This document shows positions 23,862-31,339 of a stretch of DNA of 31,339 nucleotides, in pieces (position 1 is the stretch's first letter; each line of letters begins with the position of its first letter). Source of the stretch: a virus (Duplodnaviria > Caudoviricetes); IMG/VR virus record IMGVR_UViG_3300032329_000171, positions 1 through 31,339 of that record. The stretch is one strand, 5' to 3'. Position numbers and translations under genes: made by a program. The notes beneath the pieces were generated by a model that worked only from the letters and a program-made list of their open reading frames with translations, had not been told where the DNA came from and did no database searches.

Positions 23862-25327
23862 TGAAGACGCCCATCCTTGGCAGCACCTATGTCGCTCGCA
23901 GCGTCAATGCTGCGGATGCGCGGATGATCAACTTGTTTCCCGAGATTGTGCCCGAAGGCGGCGTAGAGCCAGCGTTCTTAAACCGCGCCCCAGGCTTGAA
24001 CTTCCTTCAGACCGTGGGCACTGGCCCCATCCGTGGGCTGTGGGCGCACCAGACCAACGGCAGCGACTTTTATGTGGTGTCGGGCACTGAGGTCTACAAG
24101 CTGACCGGCACGACTGCCACGCCCACCAAGATCGGCGATGTGTCGGGCACTGGCCCTGTCTCAATCGCCGATAACGGCGCTGTGATCTTCTTTGCTTGCA
24201 ACGGCCCCAGCTACACGTATTACGAGCCTACAGGCGAGTTTGACGCCATCACAGATCCCAATTTCCCCGGCGCTGTAACGGTGGCTTACATCGACAACCT
24301 GTTTGTGTTCAACGAGCCAAACAGTCAGCGTATCTGGAGCGTGGATACGGTCAACCCAGCCAACGGCGATTACATCTACCCTCTAGTGTTCAACGCCCTA
24401 GACTTCGCGTCTGCTGACGGCTCTCCTGACGGCGTGGTGGCTATCAACGTGGATCACCGCCAGCTGTGGGTGTTCGGCACGGATTCGGTTGAAGTCTGGT
24501 ACAACGCCGGTCTGGCTAACTTCCCGCTGACCAACATCCAAGGCGCGTTTAACGAGGTCGGTTGCGTGGCGGCGTTCTCTGTCGCCAAACTGGACAACAC
24601 GCTGTTCTGGCTGGGCACAGACGCTCGCGGTCAGGGCATCGTCTATCGGGCGCAGGGCTATGCGGCTTCTCGCGTGTCTACGCACGCCGTTGAGTACGCT
24701 ATCGCGCAGTACGGCAACATCGCAGACGCGCTGGCCTACACCTACCAAGAAGAAGGCCACAGCTTCTATGTGTTGACCTTCCCATCGGCTAACGCCACTT
24801 GGGTCTACGATGTGGCGACCCAAGCCTGGCATGAGCGTGCTGGTTGGGTTAATGGCGCGTTTACCCGTCACCGCAGTAACTGCCAGTGCAACTTCGGCGG
24901 CAACATCATCGTGGGTGACTTTGAGAACGGCAACATCTACACGCTGGACTTGAACACCTACGCTGACAACGGCCAACCCCAAAAGTGGCTGCGTTCATGG
25001 CGTGCGCTGCCTCAAGGCCAAAACAACTGGAAGCGCACCGCGCAGCACAGCCTGCAACTCAATTGCGAGTCGGGCACCGGCCTGAACTTGGGCCAAGGTA
25101 GCGACCCCGAGGTTATGTTGCGCTGGTCTGACGATGGCGGTCACACATGGTCTAATGAGCATTGGTCCCAGATGGGCAAGATCGGCCAGTACTACCGCCG
25201 AGTCTTTTGGCGACGGCTGGGCATGACGCTCAAGCTGCGCGACCGTGTTTACGAAATCTCCGGCACTGATCCGGTCAAGATTGACATCGTGGGCGCTGAA
25301 CTGCTGATCTCGGGCACCAATGCGTAA
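23861..25327 (+). CDS. Tail nozzle / packaged-DNA stabilization protein (P22 gp10-like)
   Basis: 488 aa beta-propeller-like protein with GPIRG, TWVYD...WHER, WSDDGGHTW and WRRLG motifs. Confidence 0.88.
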   Translation: MKTPILGSTYVARSVNAADARMINLFPEIVPEGGVEPAFLNRAPGLNFLQTVGTGPIRGLWAHQTNGSDFYVVSGTEVYKLTGTTATPTKIGDVSGTGPVSIADNGAVIFFACNGPSYTYYEPTGEFDAITDPNFPGAVTVAYIDNLFVFNEPNSQRIWSVDTVNPANGDYIYPLVFNALDFASADGSPDGVVAINVDHRQLWVFGTDSVEVWYNAGLANFPLTNIQGAFNEVGCVAAFSVAKLDNTLFWLGTDARGQGIVYRAQGYAASRVSTHAVEYAIAQYGNIADALAYTYQEEGHSFYVLTFPSANATWVYDVATQAWHERAGWVNGAFTRHRSNCQCNFGGNIIVGDFENGNIYTLDLNTYADNGQPQKWLRSWRALPQGQNNWKRTAQHSLQLNCESGTGLNLGQGSDPEVMLRWSDDGGHTWSNEHWSQMGKIGQYYRRVFWRRLGMTLKLRDRVYEISGTDPVKIDIVGAELLISGTNA

Positions 25328-26076
25328 TGGCGACAACAACTAACCAAATCACCGCGCCCCGTGTCGATCTCATTGATGAGCGCACGGGAAAAATCACACG
25401 CGAGTGGTATATGTTCCTATACAACCTGTATTCAATTACAGGTGCAGGCACAGGCATTACACCGATCATCAACGGCGGCACGGGCATCGGTACGCTGCCC
25501 ACCAACGGCCAGTTGTTGATCGGTAATCTTGGCGAATATACTTTAAATACGTTGACCGCCGGTCTTGGCATTTCGGTAACCAACGGGCCAGGCACAATCT
25601 CGATTGCCAACACGGGTGTCCGGTCGGTGACAGGTACAGCGCCGGTGGTGTCCTCAGGCGGGGCAACGCCTGCCATCAGTATGCCTGCGGCCAACGCCAC
25701 GACAAACGGCTATTTGACATCAACTGACTGGAATACGTTTAACAACAAGGCATCGGCTGGCACAGCGCCGGTGACCAAGACGGCTGACTTCACGGTTGCA
25801 GCAACTGACTACTGGCTGATCAACAACAAGTCAGGCTCTACCTGTACGGTGACGTTACCGGCAGCGGCGTCCTATGCCGGACGCCAGTTGACGTTTAAGA
25901 ACATTCAGCCGCAACTGCTGGTGTCGGCGTCATCTAACGTAGTGCCGATTGACGGCACGGCGGCAGGCACAGCGATCCTCTTGGCAGTTGCCGGTAATTG
26001 GGCGACAATGGTGTCTGACGGCACGAATTGGGTCATTATGCAAGCTGCATCGAATAACAACTTGCTGTTGGAATAA
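25327..26076 (+). CDS. Tail needle/fibre-like protein
   Basis: Occupies the P22 gp26 slot; G/T-rich fibre repeats (GGTG, NGQLLIGN, GYLTSTDWNTFNNK) and a TVTLPAA knob. Confidence 0.7.
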   Translation: MATTTNQITAPRVDLIDERTGKITREWYMFLYNLYSITGAGTGITPIINGGTGIGTLPTNGQLLIGNLGEYTLNTLTAGLGISVTNGPGTISIANTGVRSVTGTAPVVSSGGATPAISMPAANATTNGYLTSTDWNTFNNKASAGTAPVTKTADFTVAATDYWLINNKSGSTCTVTLPAAASYAGRQLTFKNIQPQLLVSASSNVVPIDGTAAGTAILLAVAGNWATMVSDGTNWVIMQAASNNNLLLE

Positions 26077-26079
26077 CAA

Positions 26080-26418
26080 ATGATTGAACATCACTTCGGC
26101 GCTGGCATATACGCCAAAGAAACGCGCATACCAGCGGGGCATGTTCTTGTGCAGCATAAACACAAGTTTGACCATTTGTCGGTTCTTGCCAGCGGTTCAA
26201 TTGAATTGATGGTCGATGACGAGCGCAAAATTGTCCACGCGCCAGCTTGTTTGACCATTGAAGCAAATAAGCATCATGGCGTAAAATCGCTCACAGACGT
26301 TGTGTGGTATTGCATTCACGCCACCGACTGTACAGATACAGACGAGATTGATGAAGTGTTAATAGTGGCTGGCGATGAAACGCAAGCCCGAGAACTGGCC
26401 CAGTGCCTTCAGGAGTAA
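26080..26418 (+). CDS. Cupin-fold protein
   Basis: HKHKFDH...L.SG...HHGV cupin-like His motifs. Confidence 0.72.
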   Translation: MIEHHFGAGIYAKETRIPAGHVLVQHKHKFDHLSVLASGSIELMVDDERKIVHAPACLTIEANKHHGVKSLTDVVWYCIHATDCTDTDEIDEVLIVAGDETQARELAQCLQE

Positions 26419-26421
26419 ATT

Positions 26422-27135
26422 ATGCCTTGGTCATTTATTGTCCCCGCCGCCGCCAGTTTGCTTGGCGCGAGCATGTCATCCAATGCCGCAGAAAACGCCG
26501 CGAATACGACTGCTGGCGCTACGGATAAAGCTACGGCACTGCAACGCGAACAATGGTTAGCGCAACAAGAACAACAAAGGCCTTTTCGCGAAGCGGGCGT
26601 AACTGCGCTAAATGCGCTGACTCCGTTGGCGACAAATTACACGCCATTCGGCATGAATCAGTTTCAGCAAGACCCTGGATATCAATTCCGACTGCAAGAA
26701 GGACTGAAACAATTAGGCCACGCCGCAGGCGCTCGGGGCGGCTTAGTGTCTGGACAGACACTTAAAGGGGCGCAAGAATACGCACAAAATTTAGCATCTA
26801 ATGAATACACCAACGCATTCAATCGTTATCAAACCGAGCGTAACGCACGGTTAAATCCACTTCAGTCTTTGGCTGGCGTCGGCCAAACATCAGTTAACCA
26901 ACTTGGCGCTGCCGGTCAGAATTACGCAAGTTCAGTTGGTAATGCTTTGATCAATCAAGGCGTTAACGTTGGCAACGCAGGCATGGTCGGCGCGAATGCT
27001 TACGGTTCAGCTTTGTCAGGTATCGGCAGCGCTTACGGTAGAAGTCCAGTTAGTTTTAGTAGTTTGTACGGGGGTAACTCACCTGGCACTAATATGACTC
27101 AACAAGAATACGCGATTGCAAGCGGCGGGTATTAA
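26422..27135 (+). CDS. DNA ejection/pilot protein (P22 gp7-like)
   Basis: A/G/Q-rich with a hydrophobic N-terminus and DPGYQFRLQEG motif; first of three ejection-type genes. Confidence 0.75.
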   Translation: MPWSFIVPAAASLLGASMSSNAAENAANTTAGATDKATALQREQWLAQQEQQRPFREAGVTALNALTPLATNYTPFGMNQFQQDPGYQFRLQEGLKQLGHAAGARGGLVSGQTLKGAQEYAQNLASNEYTNAFNRYQTERNARLNPLQSLAGVGQTSVNQLGAAGQNYASSVGNALINQGVNVGNAGMVGANAYGSALSGIGSAYGRSPVSFSSLYGGNSPGTNMTQQEYAIASGGY

Positions 27136-27144
27136 GGACTAATC

Positions 27145-28542
27145 ATGGCACAACTTAATTTTGGCCTCTTAAACCAAAACCTGCCTGCTGAAATTGCAAG
27201 CAGTGTCCAACGCGGTCAAGACGAAGCGTTGCGTAATCAAATGGCTCAACAGCAAGTTAAAACCGCTGCTTTGCAACAAGAGTCAGCGCAAATGCAGCTT
27301 GAGCAAGCAAAGCGCGAACGTGAAGCCTTAGTAAAAATGCAAGAGCAATTTATCGCAAACGGTAAATCGCCGGACATGCGTTTAAATTTTCAAGAAATGG
27401 TGAAATCTGGTATCCCACATTTTATGGATATTGGAATTAAAGGTTTGCAAGCCGTAGATCGTCAAGATCGCGTGGCTAATATTCTTGGTGGTGGAGCGCC
27501 TGTTGCTGCTTCTGCAGCGCCGTCTTTGATGCGCCAACCTGTTGCTGCTCCCGTGCCAACTGAAAATGCTTTGGGTACTGGTATGTACGGCATGGAGCCA
27601 AGCGCGCCAGTTAATGCTTTAGCCGCTAAACCATCTGGCGCGTATACGCCGGTTATGCCCCGCAATGCGTTGGCGCCTGCAACGCCTGTGGCGGCTGGCA
27701 CGCCGGTAGCAAACGACATTGAAAACACATACCGCAAGATTGATCAACTTCATGCGATTGGTGAGCATGATCTTGCTAAATCACTTGAACAACGAGTCAA
27801 AGATAAATTGCCTCCGACTGCGGTGCAAGAATTTGAGTACGCCAAAAAGAACGGCTATGGCGGTACTTTTGCGGATTTCAAAACATTGCACGCGCCGCGC
27901 ACTACTGTCAACGTGCCGGTTAATGTCAGCACAGAAAAGAAATATGGCGAACAATTTGCAAGCAAAATGGCAGATACTGACATTGCCAAAATGACTGCTG
28001 CGGAAAGAGCGCCTGAGCTGGCCGCGAATGCTGACCAAGTGCTAGACATTCTCAAACAAGGCAACGTGTTTACTGGTTCTGCGGCTGATATTAAATTGAA
28101 TGTGGCTCGCGCATTGAACGTCGTCGGCGCAAGCAATGACGACAAGATTGCAAACACCGAAGGTCTTATTTCCGGTTTGGCGAAAAACACTTTGGGCGCA
28201 GTTAAATCTTCTGGTCTTGGCACTGGTCAAGGTTTTACCGATAAAGACTTGCAATTTTTGCAAGATGCTGAAGGCGGGCGTATTACGCTTAACGCGCAAA
28301 CATTGCAAAGACTTGCGAGTTTGTCGCGCAAAGCCGCTGAAGGCAGCGCTACTACATGGAACACACGTGTCCAGCAAATGCCTAAATCAGCAATTGAAGG
28401 CACTGGCCTTTCTACGCAACCTATTCAAGTACCTAAACGTACAGAAGCACCGCCTGCGATGTATGCAGTAAATCCAAAAACAGGCGAGCGCATTCAGTCT
28501 ACTGACGGCGGCAACACTTGGAAACCAGTAGGAGCTAAGTAA
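27145..28542 (+). CDS. Putative DNA ejection / internal virion protein
   Basis: Helical Q/A-rich 465-aa protein in the P22 gp20 slot. Confidence 0.65.
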   Translation: MAQLNFGLLNQNLPAEIASSVQRGQDEALRNQMAQQQVKTAALQQESAQMQLEQAKREREALVKMQEQFIANGKSPDMRLNFQEMVKSGIPHFMDIGIKGLQAVDRQDRVANILGGGAPVAASAAPSLMRQPVAAPVPTENALGTGMYGMEPSAPVNALAAKPSGAYTPVMPRNALAPATPVAAGTPVANDIENTYRKIDQLHAIGEHDLAKSLEQRVKDKLPPTAVQEFEYAKKNGYGGTFADFKTLHAPRTTVNVPVNVSTEKKYGEQFASKMADTDIAKMTAAERAPELAANADQVLDILKQGNVFTGSAADIKLNVARALNVVGASNDDKIANTEGLISGLAKNTLGAVKSSGLGTGQGFTDKDLQFLQDAEGGRITLNAQTLQRLASLSRKAAEGSATTWNTRVQQMPKSAIEGTGLSTQPIQVPKRTEAPPAMYAVNPKTGERIQSTDGGNTWKPVGAK

Positions 28543-30365
28543 TGGCTTTACCACCTGGATTTGAACTTGAACAACCTGCGTCTCGGTCCACCGGCGTAAA
28601 GTTGCCGCCTGGGTTTGAAATGGAAAGTGGCGGCGGTGTCCCTGGCCCGCGCCGCGCTTGGTCAGATGTTCCTGGCGAAGCACTTGCCAATTTAATGCCA
28701 AGCGCGCAAAACTTGGTTGGTGGTTTGTACGAAGCCGTCACAAGCCCAGTTCAAACGGTCAAAGGTTTGCTGGACATCGGTGCTGGTACGCTGCAAAACG
28801 TGTTGCCTAAAAAAGTTGTTGATTTTGTCAACCAGTTTGATGCCAATCCTCAAGCCGCGCAGCGCGCGGTACAAGCAGCAAACGCTGTGGGCGGCATGTA
28901 CAAAGACCGATACGGCAGTATTGAAGGCATCAAAAACACTTTTGCGACCGATCCTGTCGGCGCGGCTGCGGATTTGTCTGCGCTTCTTTCTGGTGGTGCA
29001 ACAGTCACTAGCCGCGCCGCGCCCGCCGCGTCTAAAGCACTTTCTACCGCAGCAACATACACTAATCCTGTTGCTCCTATCGTCACGGCTGCGGGATACG
29101 GCACGGCATTGACCAGCAAAGCGATTGGCAATGCTATGGATGCTATGCAAGGTCAACGTCCTGCTGTTCGTGCAGGCAATATTATTCGCAATGCTTTGAC
29201 TGAAGAAGGCCGCGCACCACAAAATCTGTTGGCCGCACAAACCGCGCTTCAAAACGCGCCCCCCACTGCCACTGTTCGCCAAGCCTTGTCGGATGTGATG
29301 TCACCACAAGCGCAGTATTTGGGTCAGATGGTTGAGGCCAGAACCGCGCCTGGTGCGGCTGAGTCTGTACGTGAAGCGCAACAAGCCGCCAGAATGGCGA
29401 ATCTGCAAGCTGTAACGCCTGACCTAGCAACTGCACAAGCGATGCGCGGGAATGCGGCTACACCACTTTATACGGCTGCTACGCAACCAACGACTGTCGT
29501 TTCAACTGCGCCACTTGTTCAAAACATAGACAAGATTTTGGAATCTAATCCAGGCAACGTCAAACTTACTTCGGCGTTGAATCAAGTCAAATCCGGTCTT
29601 GAGGCCAGCACAACTGCTGAACAAGTGTCGTCCGTTTTGGACAACCTTAAAGATTTGATTGCCACCAAAGATAATAAATTTATCGTTAAAAATTTGTTGG
29701 ACGTCAAAAGCAACGTCGAAAAAGCATTACCTGGCTATCAGCAAGCGCAACAAGTGTTTGCAGCCACGTCTACGCCAGTTAATCAAGCCAAAGTTCTTGG
29801 TGCGATGCAAGATGTGCTTGCCGCGCCTTTGGGCGTTGGCGAACGTGCTGGACCGTTTATGACGGCGATGGGTCGTGGCGAGCAAGCGTTGCTTAAAAAA
29901 GCAACAGGCGAACCGCGCTACGGCGAGTTGAGTCAAGTATTGTCACCTAGTCAAATGAAAGTGGTCGGCGAAGTTGAATCAGAACTAATGCGCGACGCGC
30001 GGGTTGCATCGCAAACTAAAGCTGGCGCTGAGGCCATGAAAATCATTATGGACTCTAACAAGTCCAAAGTTCGATTGCCTGACTTTATGAGCGTCAAAGT
30101 GACGTTGGCTAATCAGATGCTTAAAATTCTGGAAGGTCGACTCAATCAAAAGGTCATGGGCGAGCTGGAAAACGGCTTTAAATCCGGCACCAGTTTTGTT
30201 GACTTAATGAAAAAAGTCCCCGCATCCGAGCGCGTCGAAGTGTTGCGGGCGTTGGGTCAAGCAAAAGATCAATTAAGCGCCACTAAACTAAATGCTTTGG
30301 GCCTGTCGGCAAACGCTCTTTCACCCAAAGCGGAGTCAGAAAATCTTAACGCACTGGCACGATAA
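28542..30365 (+). CDS. Putative DNA ejection / internal virion protein
   Basis: Ala-rich helical 607-aa protein in the P22 gp16 slot; TAATG coupling at both ends. Confidence 0.65.
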   Translation: MALPPGFELEQPASRSTGVKLPPGFEMESGGGVPGPRRAWSDVPGEALANLMPSAQNLVGGLYEAVTSPVQTVKGLLDIGAGTLQNVLPKKVVDFVNQFDANPQAAQRAVQAANAVGGMYKDRYGSIEGIKNTFATDPVGAAADLSALLSGGATVTSRAAPAASKALSTAATYTNPVAPIVTAAGYGTALTSKAIGNAMDAMQGQRPAVRAGNIIRNALTEEGRAPQNLLAAQTALQNAPPTATVRQALSDVMSPQAQYLGQMVEARTAPGAAESVREAQQAARMANLQAVTPDLATAQAMRGNAATPLYTAATQPTTVVSTAPLVQNIDKILESNPGNVKLTSALNQVKSGLEASTTAEQVSSVLDNLKDLIATKDNKFIVKNLLDVKSNVEKALPGYQQAQQVFAATSTPVNQAKVLGAMQDVLAAPLGVGERAGPFMTAMGRGEQALLKKATGEPRYGELSQVLSPSQMKVVGEVESELMRDARVASQTKAGAEAMKIIMDSNKSKVRLPDFMSVKVTLANQMLKILEGRLNQKVMGELENGFKSGTSFVDLMKKVPASERVEVLRALGQAKDQLSATKLNALGLSANALSPKAESENLNALAR

Positions 30366-30586
30366 TGGACTACCAAGTTTTATTCAACATCGCCGTGGCG
30401 ATTGCTGGCTTCTTCGGCGGCTGGACACTAAACCGCATCTACTTAGCCATCGACCGGCTGGACAACGATGTGCGTAACATGCCCTTGAACTACGTCACCC
30501 GTGATGACTACCGCGCCGACATGCGCGACATCAAGGACATGCTGGGCAAGATTTTCGACAAGCTGGACAATAAAGTTGACAAATGA
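30365..30586 (+). CDS. Small membrane protein (N-terminal TM helix plus coiled coil), possible holin/lysis-region protein
   Basis: VLFNIAVAIAGFFGGW TM segment followed by YVTRDDY...IFDKLDNKVDK. Confidence 0.7.
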   Translation: MDYQVLFNIAVAIAGFFGGWTLNRIYLAIDRLDNDVRNMPLNYVTRDDYRADMRDIKDMLGKIFDKLDNKVDK

Positions 30587-31083
30587 TCCCAATAGACCCA
30601 TTTGCCGCGCTAGATGCTGTCCAGTCTGCGATCAAACTGGTCAAACAGGCAGCACAAACCGCTAACGACGTAGCCAGTCTCGGCCCTGTGCTGGGCAAAT
30701 ACTTTGATGCCAAGGTAGATGCCATCCAGGTTGTAGCCACCGCCAAGCAAGGCGGGTTTAAAGGCTCGGCGATGGGTAAGGCGCTTGAGCTTGAGATGGC
30801 GCTTGAGCAGGCCCGTGAATTTGAAGAACAGCTAAAAGGCTTGTTCTTCTCGTCCAACAAGATGGATGTGTGGGCAAAGATCAAAGCCCGCGCGGCGCAA
30901 ATGGAAGCTGACGCTGCCCATCAAGCGCGGCGTGAAAAAGAAGCAGCTGCCAAGAAGAAAAAAGAACTTGAAGAAACCGTAGAAATGATCGCTGGTGTGA
31001 TCGGCGGTTTGCTGCTTTTTGGCATGATCGCTTGGGGCGGCATCTACTTCTACTTGAACTGCAACAAGTACGGTTGCCATTAA
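30583..31083 (+). CDS. Coiled-coil protein with C-terminal TM helix
   Basis: Helical charged body and hydrophobic IAGVIGGLLLFGMIAWGGIYFYL segment. Confidence 0.75.
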   Translation: MIPIDPFAALDAVQSAIKLVKQAAQTANDVASLGPVLGKYFDAKVDAIQVVATAKQGGFKGSAMGKALELEMALEQAREFEEQLKGLFFSSNKMDVWAKIKARAAQMEADAAHQARREKEAAAKKKKELEETVEMIAGVIGGLLLFGMIAWGGIYFYLNCNKYGCH

Positions 31084-31232
31084 TGAAAGAAATAATAGAA
31101 GGCTTTAAGCAATGGTTTAAGGTTTTTTGTTATGTTGCGTGTGCTTGGTGGTTTTTGGATTTTGTGAAGGCTCTGCCCGAGCCGCTTGCCAAGCGTGCGA
31201 TGGATGCGGCGTTAAGTTATTTACCTTTTTGA
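31083..31232 (+). CDS. Small membrane protein (49 aa)
   Basis: TAATG coupling gives start MKEIIEGFKQWFKVFCYVACAWWFLDFV. Confidence 0.6.
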   Translation: MKEIIEGFKQWFKVFCYVACAWWFLDFVKALPEPLAKRAMDAALSYLPF

Positions 31233-31241
31233 AAGGCTAAC

Positions 31242-31339
31242 ATGGATGAACTTCTTTCTCTCCTCAAAGGCGTTGCGCCTGCTTTGGCTACCGCCGTTGC
31301 TGGCCCTCTGGGCGGCGCTGCTGTCAGTGCTATTGCCTC
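31242..31339 (+). CDS. Putative holin-like protein, N-terminal fragment (runs off the window)
   Basis: AAAGG RBS; MDELLSLLKGVAPALATAVAGPLGGAAVSAIA resembles N-termini of 3TM/GTA-type holin-like phage proteins. Confidence 0.55.
   Translation, partial: MDELLSLLKGVAPALATAVAGPLGGAAVSAIA

Larger units (their letters stand above)
1..31339. mobile_element. Tailed phage genome segment (podovirus-like, P22-type virion module, PolA/primase-helicase replication module)
   Basis: Continuous phage gene content: terminase, portal, scaffold, coat, tail and replication genes. No host housekeeping genes, integrase or att site seen in the window. Confidence 0.97.

Noticed and set aside
1-31339. Alternative genetic code, introns/inteins, or integrated prophage boundaries
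   Set aside because: Core genes are full length in the standard code without evident insertions, and no integrase, repressor, att site or host gene appears; lifestyle cannot be decided from this window.

Overview
The whole window is part of a tailed dsDNA phage genome with no host genes visible. The left part (1-7223) is a replication module: partial SF2/SNF2-like helicase, DUF3310-like and VRR-NUC genes running leftward, then a Cas4-like/DUF2800 nuclease, putative SSB, family A DNA polymerase and primase-SF3 helicase running rightward from a divergent promoter. A leftward accessory operon of small genes (7249-9358) includes a compact C5 cytosine-methyltransferase-like protein. A non-coding block (about 9400-10030) carries iteron-like GTCCACA repeats around an AT-rich core. 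The rightward P22-like (podovirus-type) late operon encodes terminase, small basic proteins, GroES, portal, a fibre/tailspike cassette, scaffold, coat, decoration, adaptor, nozzle and ejection proteins, and ends in small membrane genes. The most unusual signals are non-coding: two tandem structured RNAs with shared termini between SSB and polymerase (one encloses an anticodon-less tRNA-like domain, the other has a 7-bp pseudoknot), the iteron origin candidate, and a duplicated ACCGTA/hairpin leader motif. All family assignments come from motif recognition by eye; no searches were run.
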